Shown: positions 1 to 8,727 of the stretch, piece by piece
How the letters are laid out: each line of letters opens with the position of its first letter
Numbering within the stretch: position 1 is the stretch's first letter
NCBI RefSeq assembly: GCF_000011125.1
Contig: NC_000854.2
Location: forward strand, 1,080,001-1,112,000
From: Aeropyrum pernix K1
GTDB taxonomy: Archaea; Thermoproteota; Thermoprotei_A; Sulfolobales; Acidilobaceae
Length of the DNA: 32,000 bases
Reading direction: 5' to 3'
Program-made: the position numbers and the translations under genes
Notes under the pieces: model-generated
Told to the model about the DNA's origin: nothing
The model's input: the letters and a program-made list of their open reading frames with translations, nothing else
Database searches by the model: none

Positions 1-773
1 CAGCACAGCTGCCCGTAATCTTTACAACGGGCTGGAACCTTGCTCACCACGGCACCTTCCTCAGGCCTGATCCCAGCAAGGACCATGCCTGGGACGTGCT
101 CAGAATGATAGTAATGAGGGAGCCGAGCGATATTGAGGCTAGAGCCTTCGAGTCAACCCTGGTACTCTACATGGACCACGGATTCAACGCCTCAACATTC
201 ACCACAAGGGTCATAGGCAGCACGCTCAGCGACCTATACAGCGCAGTAGCCGGGGGGATAGCGGCCCTCAAAGGCCCCCTCCACGGAGGCGCCAACGAGA
301 AGGCCATGGAGATGTTCCTAGACGCTATGAAGAAGGCTGAGGAGAAGGGCGTCCCACTATACGACTACATTGAGGAGTACATTAAAGAGAAGCTTGCCAG
401 GAAAGAGAAGATAATGGGCTTCGGCCACAGGATCTACAAGCTCCACGACCCCAGGACTGATGTTGCGGCAAAGTTCGTCGCCAAGCTAAAAGACGGGGAG
501 TTCTGGATGAAGGTACTGAAGAAGGCCGAGGAGGTTATGTGGAGGGAGAAGAAGATACCTGCCAACATAGACCTCTACACTGCAGTCCTCTACTACCAGC
601 TGGGCATACCTATACCCATGTACACGCCCATATTCGCCATGGGCAGAGTCGTCGGATGGAGCGCACACTACATAGAACAGGTGCTAAACAACAAGCTGAT
701 AAGGCCCACGGAGAAGTACGTCGGCCCAACAGGCCTCAAGTACCAGCCAATAGAGGAAAGATGCAGGAAATAG
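1..773 (+). CDS. Citrate synthase family protein, C-terminal ~256 aa (5' end lies upstream of the window)
   Basis: The frame of the listed 96..773 ORF stays open back to nt 3. It contains the citrate-synthase signature GFGHRIYKLHDPR plus DLYTAVLYYQLGIP and GRVVGWSAHYIEQ. Stop TAG is at 771-773. Confidence 0.85.
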   Translation, partial: AQLPVIFTTGWNLAHHGTFLRPDPSKDHAWDVLRMIVMREPSDIEARAFESTLVLYMDHGFNASTFTTRVIGSTLSDLYSAVAGGIAALKGPLHGGANEKAMEMFLDAMKKAEEKGVPLYDYIEEYIKEKLARKEKIMGFGHRIYKLHDPRTDVAAKFVAKLKDGEFWMKVLKKAEEVMWREKKIPANIDLYTAVLYYQLGIPIPMYTPIFAMGRVVGWSAHYIEQVLNNKLIRPTEKYVGPTGLKYQPIEERCRK

Positions 774-811
774 TCCAAAATAGCCCGGAGGAGGTCCCTA
801 ATAATTCTTAA

Positions 812-817
812 TTTTTT
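812..817 (+). terminator. Oligo-T tract (T6) downstream of citrate synthase, a candidate archaeal terminator
   Basis: The sequence attttttag lies 40 nt after the stop, inside a 71-bp convergent gap. Confidence 0.35.
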
Positions 818-844
818 AGCCTACACAGTATAACACTACCCACT

Positions 845-1753
845 TTACGAGCTTGCATCTCTGCTGATCGTTATCAACAAAAGCCCTGAGGCTACTGCCA
901 CTATATCAAGAGCTGCTCCAGGGTTCCACTCACGGCCCCTCCAAAGCCTCTCCAACCATGTGATAGCATGTCGTACGCCCCACCTCTCGGAAACATGGAA
1001 GGCGACCCTGGCCTCCTCCCTAGCCATCTTGAACGCCCTCCCGCCGTACTTCTGGAATATGAGGGTGTCTCCATGCTCCGCTAACACTTTAAGGAGAGCT
1101 TCAAGCAGCGCCTCTTCGACGCTACGCCCCTCCTTCACCCTGTTTAGAGAGTGTCTATACGCTTCAAGGGTTATAGGATAACCTTTGGCCAGCTCTCTAT
1201 GAACCATGTCCCAAGAGTTCAGTTTGAGGAGGAGGGGGTACGGCGGGATGTCACGCTCGCCTCCAGAGGCCACGTCGGGCAGCTCGCCCCTATATCTACC
1301 CAGGTGTGAGGGGGAGAGCCGTCTTAAAATCTTGTAGTGGAGAAGGCTCTCCCTCCTCCCCGTGCAGCAGTAGATAGTGTCTCGAGCTGTCGTTACGAGC
1401 TCCTCAGGCTCGCTGCTCTTTGAGAGGGCTATTGCAACGGCGAGGGGGGCCATTAGCATGAAAGTTCCATATGCTATGTTACCCTTAAAGCGGGGGACGA
1501 CCTCCCTCAAGTACCTTTCCTTTACAGAGGCTATCACGCCTATAGGCCCGTTCTTCCAGGCCTTTAGACAGGCCCACGCAAGAAGGCGCGAGGATAGGGT
1601 TGCGTGGAGAACGAAATCTCCGAAGCTCTTGCCACCCTCGCTTGCATAGGGGGTTACGCCGCCTGGCTTCGGGTGTAGATACGGCTCCAGGACTGCTCCA
1701 TAGCTAAGTGTAGCGGCTAGACTGCAGTCCCCGTACATCCCGGCCCCAGCCAC
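845..1753 (-). CDS. CitG/MdcB-like triphosphoribosyl-dephospho-CoA synthase family protein
   Basis: 302-aa ORF. LEPYLHPKPGGV resembles the CitG PKPGLVD block, and GNIAYGTFMLMAPLAVA resembles the CitG NTHKG..L..PL block. Both comparisons use remembered family motifs only. GTG at 1753, first ATG at 1738. Confidence 0.45.
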   Translation of the reverse strand: MAGAGMYGDCSLAATLSYGAVLEPYLHPKPGGVTPYASEGGKSFGDFVLHATLSSRLLAWACLKAWKNGPIGVIASVKERYLREVVPRFKGNIAYGTFMLMAPLAVAIALSKSSEPEELVTTARDTIYCCTGRRESLLHYKILRRLSPSHLGRYRGELPDVASGGERDIPPYPLLLKLNSWDMVHRELAKGYPITLEAYRHSLNRVKEGRSVEEALLEALLKVLAEHGDTLIFQKYGGRAFKMAREEARVAFHVSERWGVRHAITWLERLWRGREWNPGAALDIVAVASGLLLITISRDASS

Positions 1754-1808
1754 TGGCTATACCTATTACTGTCACAGGGGGATAAGCTAGATTTGGGCGG
1801 AGATATCT

Positions 1809-2123
1809 ATGGCCGGGGCGAGAGACTGCAGCGTCCTAGAAAGGCTGAGGGAAATTGCCCACCTCCACTTTATGAAGGAGGAGGAAGAGATAGTGTGCAG
1901 AGATATAGAGAGGATAGCGGGCTATCTTGGCCAGGTGTCGAAGGCTCTGGAGGAGTTAGACGCCGATCCAGAGCCCCTCTACCACGTTTGGGAGAGCCGG
2001 TCGAGGATTAGGGACGGCGTCGATAGAGAGAGAAGGATTAGCGTGGCCAGCTTCCTCCAACCAGGCAGGCTCGACAGGGAGGGGAGGGTCAGAATACCGT
2101 GGAGGGAGGTTCGAGGGGGTTGA
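1809..2123 (+). CDS. gatC: Asp/Glu-tRNA amidotransferase subunit C
   Basis: 104-aa ORF directly upstream of and overlapping gat[20 protein letters not shown]...[11 protein letters not shown] fits the GatC pattern, and the gene order is gatC-gatA-gatB. Confidence 0.75.
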
Positions 2124-3565
2124 GGAGGGCCTACACTGTAAAACAGCTTCTAGAATCCTATCGAGCTGGGGACACTGACCCGGTGGAGCATGTTTCTAGG
2201 GTGCTCGACGCTCTGAGGAGGTGGGAGAGGGATGTTAACGCGTTCATCTCCCTAGAAGCAGAGGAGGTCCTCATAGATGCGGCTGAGGAGGCTGCTAGGA
2301 GGTGGAGAAGGGGAGAGGCTAGGAGGCTCGAAGGGGTGGTGGTCGGGGTTAAGGATAATATTTCGACGAGCTTTCTGCCCACGACAGCAGGCTCGCGCAT
2401 GCTTGACGGCTACATACCCCCCTTCAACGCCACCGTCGTTGAGAGGCTTCTAATGGAGGGAGCCATAATAATAGGAAAGACGAACCTGGACGAGTTCGCC
2501 ATGGGCTCCACAGGAGAGTTCAGCGCCTTCGGCCCCACAAGGAACCCTTGGGACCTCTCCAGGGTCCCGGGGGGTAGCAGCAGCGGTAGCGGCGCCTGCC
2601 TCGCATATGGCGCCTGCGACGCTGCACTAGGCAGCGATACCGGGGGTAGTGTCAGGCTTCCAGCCGCCTACACCGCCACCGTAGGGCTCAAACCCACCTA
2701 CGGCCTCGTCAGCAGGTACGGGCTCATACCCTACGCGAACAGCCTCGAGCAGATAAGCCCAATGGCCAGGAGTAGCGAGGACGTTATGCTCCTCCTAGAG
2801 GTAATAGCGGGGGGCGACGAATACGATGCTACAAGCATCTATAGCAAGCCCACCACCGCCAGCAGAGAGGAGGGGTTGAAGCCCGAGGACCTTTCGCTCT
2901 GCATACCGGAGGAGCTTGTGGAGCACTCTGAGGAGGCCGTCAGAAAAGCTTTCTACAATACCGTGGGCAAGCTAGAGGGGCTCGGGGCTAGGCTTGAGTA
3001 CGTTGGGCTTGGTGGTGCGGAGGCATATGCACTCCCGGCATACTATACGATAGCCCTAGCGGAGGCGGCGTCAAACCTCGCCAGGTATGATGGGAGCCTC
3101 TACCCTGTTAGAGGGTCGAGCGGCGACTACTGGAGGCAGGCTGCCGAGGCCAGGGGGATCGGCTTCGGGCTCGAGGTAAAGAGGCGTATACTAATGGGTG
3201 TCTACGTTTTGAGCGAGGGCTATAAGGACGAGTACTACCTTGCCGCCACCAAGCTTAGGCGTGTCATAAGGGATGCCATGCTGAAGACCGTCGGAAAATG
3301 TCTTGTGGCGACCCCTGCAAGCCCCATAATGCCCCCCAGGATAGGGGAGAGGGTTGACGACCCCCTGAAGCTCTATGCTATGGACGTCTACACAGTTCTA
3401 GCAAACCTCTCAGGCCTCCCAGCCATAGCCCTTCCCATAGAAATCCACGGAGGCCTCCCCGTAGGCCTCCAGCTAATAGGTCCCAGGCTAGGGGAGAGGC
3501 TGCTGGCGGGCGCCGCCAACATTATAGAAGACCTTACTGGCTTGGCGGGGGTGGTTGCGGGGTGA
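2099..3565 (+). CDS. gatA: Asp/Glu-tRNA amidotransferase subunit A (amidase-signature enzyme)
   Basis: 488 aa with [17 protein letters not shown] and the amidase signature GGSSSGSGA...GSDTGGSVR. Start is GTG 2099, or the in-frame TTG 2120 overlapping the gatC stop. Confidence 0.9.
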
Positions 3566-5022
3566 ATGATAGATATACCAACGTTAAGATAGGCCTTGAA
3601 ATACATGTACAGCTGTCAAACGCTGGCTCAAAGCTGTTCTGCGGCTGCGACAGCGAGTACAGGGGGTACAAGCCCAACACCAACGTCTGCCCTGTGTGCC
3701 TGGGTCTACCCGGAGCACTGCCAGTCCCGAGTAGAAGGCCTATAGTGCTGGCTATTGCAGCCTCCATGGCCTTAGGCTGCAGGGTCCCAGGCACTGTAGT
3801 TTTCACGAGGAAGCACTACTTCTACCCAGACCTTCCTAAGAACTACCAGATAACCCAGTTCGAGAAGGCTGGAGGGGCGCCCGTCTGCATGGGTGGCGTC
3901 CTAGAGTATCTCAACACCGACAGCTGGAGGTGGGAGAGGGCTAGGATCAGGAGGATAAACCTTGAGGAGGATCCGGGCAAGACATACTATGAGGGTAGCA
4001 TACTCACCAGCAGATACGCCCTAGTGGATTATAATAGGAGCGGCGTCCCTCTACTGGAGATAGTCACCGAACCCGACATACCTAGCCCCCGCCATGCCAG
4101 GATGCTTATAGACTATCTCCTACTCACCCTGGAGTACATAGGGGCAACAAACCCCAGGCTTGAGGGCGTGTTCAGAGTTGACGCAAACATAAGCATTGAA
4201 GGAGGCGAGCGTGTAGAGGTTAAGAACATCGGTTCCACGCAGGACGTGGAGAAGGCGCTGAAATTCGAGATCTCGAGGCAGAGGCTTATTGTAGAGAGGG
4301 GGGGCAAGGTCGAGAGGGAGACTAGGCACTGGGATGCTGAGAGGGGTATGACGAAACCCCTCAGGCTGAAGGAAGAGGAGGCCGACTACCTCTACTTCCC
4401 AGATCCAGACCTCCCCCCAGTAGAGATTACGGAGGACATGCTAGCGGAGGCTGAAAAGCTCGCTTCAAAAACACCAGGAACAATCTACAGGGAGATAGAG
4501 TCTATGGGGGTTAGAAGGGAGATAGCGTGGAGCATAACGAGCACACTCCCAGCAGCCCGCCTATTCCTGGAAGCTGTTAAGCTCGGGGCAGACCCGAGGA
4601 TAGCGGCCCGGCTTGTTGGTGTAGACCTGAAGGGCGAGCTCAAGGAGATGGGGAAGGACCTCTACAGCCCCAACAACTGGCCTCCACCACAGTCTATCGC
4701 AATCCTCTCAAACCTAGTAGCCAGGGGAGACTACACCTACGATAGTATAAAGGGTCTGGTAGTGCCCAAGCTTGCAGCGAACCCAGGGTCCGATGTTAAA
4801 AGCCTCTTACCGGAGAAGGTGAAGGATATCGAGAGGCTAGTTGAGGAGGTTTTGAATAGGGAGAAACGGGCTGTCCAAGACTACCTGGCCGGTAAGAAGA
4901 AGGCGCTTAACTATCTCGTAGGCCAGGTTATGAGGGCTGCTAAAGGTAGGGCGCTGGACCCGCGTCAAGCCAGGGAGATCCTGCTCCGAAGGCTTTCAAC
5001 TGTGAAAGAGGAGGATAGGTAA
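3562..5022 (+). CDS. gatB: Asp/Glu-tRNA amidotransferase subunit B
   Basis: 486 aa. [21 protein letters not shown] and the C-terminal YLVGQVMR block are typical of GatB. The GTG start overlaps the gatA stop (GTGA). Confidence 0.9.
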
Positions 5023-5070
5023 AAGAAAACGAATATATACTGGGCTGTACTGCCACACCCTCTAATAGCT

Positions 5071-5086
5071 TATTTTCCCTTTCTTC
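5071..5086 (+). terminator. T-rich tract after gatB
   Basis: The sequence tattttccctttcttc lies about 50 nt after the gatB stop, where GC content also drops. Confidence 0.3.
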
Positions 5087-5123
5087 AATACTAAGTAATC
5101 TTAGAATGAAGACCTAGATTGAG

Positions 5124-5708
5124 GTGGCTACAGAGATGAGGGTAATGGTTACTGCGTTCGCTACAGTGTCAATCATTATGCTCTCCATCTTCGCCCTGAC
5201 CGGCTACCTAATGTACGCCCAGCCCAGCGAGGAGGAGGCTAGGGCGACTTTCGAGAGCATCGGCTGCGTGAGCTGTCACAACGGAACAGTGGCTGTAACC
5301 TGGGATGAAATCGTTGATGAGCTTAAAGAGGTTCCAGAAAAGTACGGTGGAGATATAGATGCGTATGCCAGGGATGTCGCGTACTTCGGCCAGAAGGGGG
5401 CTTTCAACACCTGGAACGACCTAATAGCTACTATGGCTCAGAACGTTGGGAAACAACCCAACGACCCTGATATACAGAAGATAAACGAGTTCTTCCTATC
5501 AGTAGCAGGTGTGAGTGGGGGTGAGACCACACCTACCGAGACAGCAACAGGGACGACCACGCCTCAAGAGACTACGGAGGAAACAACACCTATGGGTACT
5601 GAAACGGAGGAAGCCGAGGCGGGTATACCGTTTGGTCTGGCCGCAGCCATAGCCCTACTGATTGTAGTGCTGATTGCGGCTGCGGCGTACATGTTCGCTA
5701 GGAGATAG
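5124..5708 (+). CDS. Membrane-anchored mono-heme c-type cytochrome (candidate)
   Basis: 194 aa with an N-terminal hydrophobic helix (VTAFATVSIIMLSIFALTGYLMY). A single CxxCH (C48-V-S-C51-H52, nt 5265-5279) sits in a ~100-aa soluble domain; M104 is a possible sixth ligand. A Thr/Glu-rich linker (TTPTETATGTTTPQETTEETTP) precedes a C-terminal TM helix ending in RR. GAGGTG lies 11 nt before the alternative ATG at 5136. Confidence 0.6.
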   Translation: MATEMRVMVTAFATVSIIMLSIFALTGYLMYAQPSEEEARATFESIGCVSCHNGTVAVTWDEIVDELKEVPEKYGGDIDAYARDVAYFGQKGAFNTWNDLIATMAQNVGKQPNDPDIQKINEFFLSVAGVSGGETTPTETATGTTTPQETTEETTPMGTETEEAEAGIPFGLAAAIALLIVVLIAAAAYMFARR

Positions 5709-5760
5709 AGGGCGTAGCACCAATATATATTTTATGGTGTGAATAATAGCGCGCCACTCG

Positions 5761-5790
5761 TATAGTTTTAACACTATAAAAACATATTTT
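5761..5790 (+). promoter_or_regulatory. AT-rich TATA-like elements upstream of the subunit II transcription unit
   Basis: The elements are tatagtttta (5761-5770) and ctataaaaacatatttt (5774-5790). The first is centred about 26 nt before ATG 5791, which fits a leaderless transcript. Confidence 0.35.
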
Positions 5791-5870
5791 ATGGGCGCGG
5801 GAAGCATAGGGGGTGCCATCCTGTGGGGGAGGAGGCTAACTCTGGCGCTGGCAGAGGAGCTTTCGCAGTA

Positions 5871-5957
5871 ATGGCTGTTTGGACAGCACTGCTTATACTA
5901 GCCTGGATATCCATTGCCCTGGTCATGGTTGAGAGGGGATTCTTCAATGGCGCGTAA
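5871..5957 (+). CDS. Candidate 28-aa single-TM micro-protein (MAVWTALLILAWISIALVMVERGFFNGA), possibly an oxidase subunit IIa analogue
   Basis: Hand translation; the ORF is below the 60-aa track cutoff. GAGGAG lies 12 nt upstream of the ATG. The ATG overlaps the stop of a preceding 26-codon ORF (TAATG), and its own stop overlaps the subunit II ATG by 11 nt. Confidence 0.3.
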   Translation: MAVWTALLILAWISIALVMVERGFFNGA

Positions 5958-6537
5958 CGGGCTTGTCTACGAGTACATGTTCATAGCTATAATAGTCGCC
6001 GTCCTAGCGGGGTTTATATCTAGCTTAGCGTACTACAGCTACGCGTTGAATGTTAATCCTGCGTGCGAGGCTATCAAGGCCGACCAACAGGCTCTTGAGG
6101 ATATCATGCAAAAAGCCCAGACAACACCAGTCGTAGAGAAGGCAGAGGGAGTTTATGAAGTATATATAGTGGGGAGGCAGTTCGTTTGGATTCCCTCCAC
6201 TATAGTGCTTGAGGATCCAAAGCAGGTTACCTTCTACGTGGCAACATCTGACGTTATACACGGGTTTGAGATAGCCGGTACCAACGTTAACTTCATGGTG
6301 ATACCGGGTTATATAGCAAAGTTCACCTGGTACCCTCCCAAGAATGCGGAGGGAGAGTATCTAATACTGTGCAATGAATACTGTGGCGTGGGCCACCAGT
6401 TCATGAAGGCAACACTAATAATAGAGAGGAGCCAGCAAGCACTATCAACAAGTGGAAACAGCGCTCCAGAGATACTGGAGTATATAGCTGGGCTTCTATC
6501 CTCTACAACGGGCCTAGCGCTAATTCCCCCCTCCTAA
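5947..6537 (+). CDS. Heme-copper oxidase subunit II, ba3-like single-TM type with a CuA site
   Basis: CuA ligand set HGF...CNEYCGVGHQFM (C-x3-C-x3-H-x2-M), with one N-terminal TM (YMFIAIIVAVLAGFISSLAYY) and a cupredoxin domain. I prefer ATG 5947 (GAGAGGGG 10 nt upstream) over the listed TTG 5914. Confidence 0.85.
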   Translation: MARNGLVYEYMFIAIIVAVLAGFISSLAYYSYALNVNPACEAIKADQQALEDIMQKAQTTPVVEKAEGVYEVYIVGRQFVWIPSTIVLEDPKQVTFYVATSDVIHGFEIAGTNVNFMVIPGYIAKFTWYPPKNAEGEYLILCNEYCGVGHQFMKATLIIERSQQALSTSGNSAPEILEYIAGLLSSTTGLALIPPS

Positions 6538-6647
6538 ACCCATATCTAAGTTTGCTGCCTCTAGCAGCCTCTCCCCCGGTGTAACCATTTTATTTACTAA
6601 CTAAAATAGCCCTTCCCATCTAATCCCAAAATTTTGGGGTTTAATGG

Positions 6648-7412
6648 GTGGTGAGTAGGAGAACAGCCTTTATAGCCGTGGCTGCGGTTCTAGTGGCTTT
6701 TGCCATAAGTGTCGGTGTGGCGCTGATAGTGGCTTCTACTGTTGTCACTAAGCTAGTTAGCAACACAAGCATAGCATCATATAACAACTACGTAGCAGCA
6801 ATAGAGTATGGTAAGCCTTTGGAGCCTGTGGAAGCTCGGAGCAGTGAAGGAATTATTAGAGTGCCCATAGAGGGTGTGGTTAATGTCGTGGTTCCCCAGT
6901 ATGTCAACTGCCCTGACGTGTGTCATTGGGAGTCGGCTATTATGATTTACCTTATGGGGGAGCTTGTTGAACGGGGTCTTCAAGATAAGGTTGTCTTCGT
7001 GACAATAGGTGTGAACCCGTATTATGAGACTATTGAGGATGGAAAGAGGTATATGGAGAGCGTGGCAGGCGACTATCTGGATAAGGGTGTTAAGTGGATA
7101 TGGGTACTTGATGATGTTGAAAAGCAGGAGGAACTGTGGAACATGTTTGGCATAGCTGTGAGCCTCTATTGTGTAAAAAACGATGGCAGCATCATCGACG
7201 AGTTAACCTATGATGACTATCTTAAGCTGGAGGAATCCGGGGAGTGCAGTTTTGTAGGTGTGAACCACACCGCAGGATTCATCATAGTTGACGGTGATGG
7301 TGTTTTTAGATATTTCATGAGTCCCACTGAGGATGGATGGAAGAGGGGTCAGCGTCAGGTTGCCGAGACTATTCTCCAGTACATTCTAAAACTGGTGGAG
7401 GAGAGGAAATAG
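6648..7412 (+). CDS. Sco1/SenC-family copper chaperone / thiol-disulfide oxidoreductase
   Basis: 254 aa with an N-terminal TM anchor, the CPDVC (CxxxC) motif and a distal His in VNHTAGFIIVDGDG, as in Sco proteins. Confidence 0.75.
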   Translation: MVSRRTAFIAVAAVLVAFAISVGVALIVASTVVTKLVSNTSIASYNNYVAAIEYGKPLEPVEARSSEGIIRVPIEGVVNVVVPQYVNCPDVCHWESAIMIYLMGELVERGLQDKVVFVTIGVNPYYETIEDGKRYMESVAGDYLDKGVKWIWVLDDVEKQEELWNMFGIAVSLYCVKNDGSIIDELTYDDYLKLEESGECSFVGVNHTAGFIIVDGDGVFRYFMSPTEDGWKRGQRQVAETILQYILKLVEERK

Positions 7413-7479
7413 TGTTTAGAAAACCTATTAATCGCTTTTCGCGCATGCTAGATATCTTACAAAGGGGGATCCACGGGTA

Positions 7480-8649
7480 ATGGGGAAGGGGGGTAGGAGT
7501 CGACTTAGGCTTTCAGCAGGCTCTGAGGCTGTATCACTGGGCGGTTTGTTTAAGCTGGCCACAGTCATTTTCGTAGCAGTAGTTCTTCTATCGTTTATGG
7601 CAGTAGAGTCCGCCAAGACCGAGAACATGATATTCCTCGACGATCCCAGGGAGTACTGGAGCGTCGTGAAAAGCTACGACAAGGTTCTCGTGTACGTGGG
7701 CCAGACGGGCTGCCTAGGATGTAAGAAGATAGAGCCTGCCATAGAGAGGTTTGCCACTGAGCAGGGTGAGGTTAAAGTCGTCAAAGTATGGCTTGACACC
7801 CTTATAAAGGTTGATGCAGAGTCTACCTTCGATCTGCTCGCGAGGCTAGGTGTAGAAGGGACGCCCACGCTTATAGTTTACAGGAATGGAGTGGAAGTCG
7901 CTAGGCACGTGTCGACATTTGGGTTTGGAGATCAGTACGGGCCCTTGAAAGAGTTTGTGGAGAAAAGCCTTAGTGGGGAAGTATTTATCATGAACTACTC
8001 AACCCCGGGCCAGGCCTACCTAGTTAAGGATACCTTCGATCCCAAGCTGATAGCCTCGGTAACTCTAGCAGGGTTCCTCCTGGGCCTTGTGGCCGCCTTC
8101 TCGCCGTGCAGCCTTCCTATGGTGGCTGCTTTCGCCTCACAATCCGTCTCGGAGTCGCTCCGTTTCAAAAGCTATGTTGTAAACCTCGCTGCTATATTAT
8201 CAGCTGCCATAGGGTTCGGCACCATACTCTCCCTCCTCTACCTAGCCTCGATATTCATACCCCTGAACATATACCAGTTGGCAATTTACTATGCAGCATC
8301 CGTGATCATCGCGTGGGGAATTCTGACGCTGGCGGGTAAGGATGTGATGATAAGAAGTAAAAAGACAGCTAAGATACTGCTACCCGTATTGGGCCTGCAA
8401 TGCAGCCTCCCATTCCTCCTAACAGCAATAGCCCTAGCCAGCCAGGCGCCACACCTTGTTATAGCAGGTAGCATAGCCTTCGCCGCCGGCTACGCCCTCC
8501 CCTACTCTCTGGCCGGAGCTCTAGGAGCTTCAGCCGGGCTTAAGATCGAGAGGATTATGAGAGCCAGTGTTATGAAATACCTACAGGGAATTCTACTGAT
8601 AGGAGCTGGCGCTTACCTCATTTACTACAACATGCCAAGCATAATCTAG
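7480..8649 (+). CDS. ccdA: Thioredoxin-like domain fused to a CcdA/DsbD-type transmembrane thiol-disulfide electron transporter
   Basis: 389 aa: a signal-anchor, then a thioredoxin fold with CLGC (YVGQTGCLGCKKIEP...GTPTLIVY). The polytopic domain carries the two CcdA motifs FSPCSLPM and LQCSLPF. Confidence 0.75.
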   Translation: MGKGGRSRLRLSAGSEAVSLGGLFKLATVIFVAVVLLSFMAVESAKTENMIFLDDPREYWSVVKSYDKVLVYVGQTGCLGCKKIEPAIERFATEQGEVKVVKVWLDTLIKVDAESTFDLLARLGVEGTPTLIVYRNGVEVARHVSTFGFGDQYGPLKEFVEKSLSGEVFIMNYSTPGQAYLVKDTFDPKLIASVTLAGFLLGLVAAFSPCSLPMVAAFASQSVSESLRFKSYVVNLAAILSAAIGFGTILSLLYLASIFIPLNIYQLAIYYAASVIIAWGILTLAGKDVMIRSKKTAKILLPVLGLQCSLPFLLTAIALASQAPHLVIAGSIAFAAGYALPYSLAGALGASAGLKIERIMRASVMKYLQGILLIGAGAYLIYYNMPSII

Positions 8650-8663
8650 GCGGTCGACTTGAT

Positions 8664-8668
8664 TTTTG
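8664..8668 (+). terminator. Oligo-T tract after the Trx-CcdA gene
   Basis: The sequence gatttttgt lies 15 nt after the stop. Confidence 0.3.
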
Positions 8669-8680
8669 TAATAACATAGC

Positions 8681-8688
8681 TATTTAAT
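8681..8688 (+). promoter_or_regulatory. TATA-like box for the PCuAC gene
   Basis: The sequence tatttaat lies 40-47 nt upstream of the TTG start at 8728. Confidence 0.3.
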
Positions 8689-8727
8689 CTTAGAGCGGTA
8701 GAACCCCCTTGTAAAGGGCGGGCCATC

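Noticed and set aside
773-1753. Possible functional link between citrate synthase and the adjacent CitG-like gene
   Set aside because: The genes are convergent and separately transcribed. CitG chemistry relates to the citrate lyase or malonate decarboxylase prosthetic group, not citrate synthase, so adjacency alone is not evidence.
1793-2011. 72-aa ORF overlapping gatC in another frame
   Set aside because: The gatC frame has family-typical sequence and operon context. This frame is Gly/Arg-rich filler.
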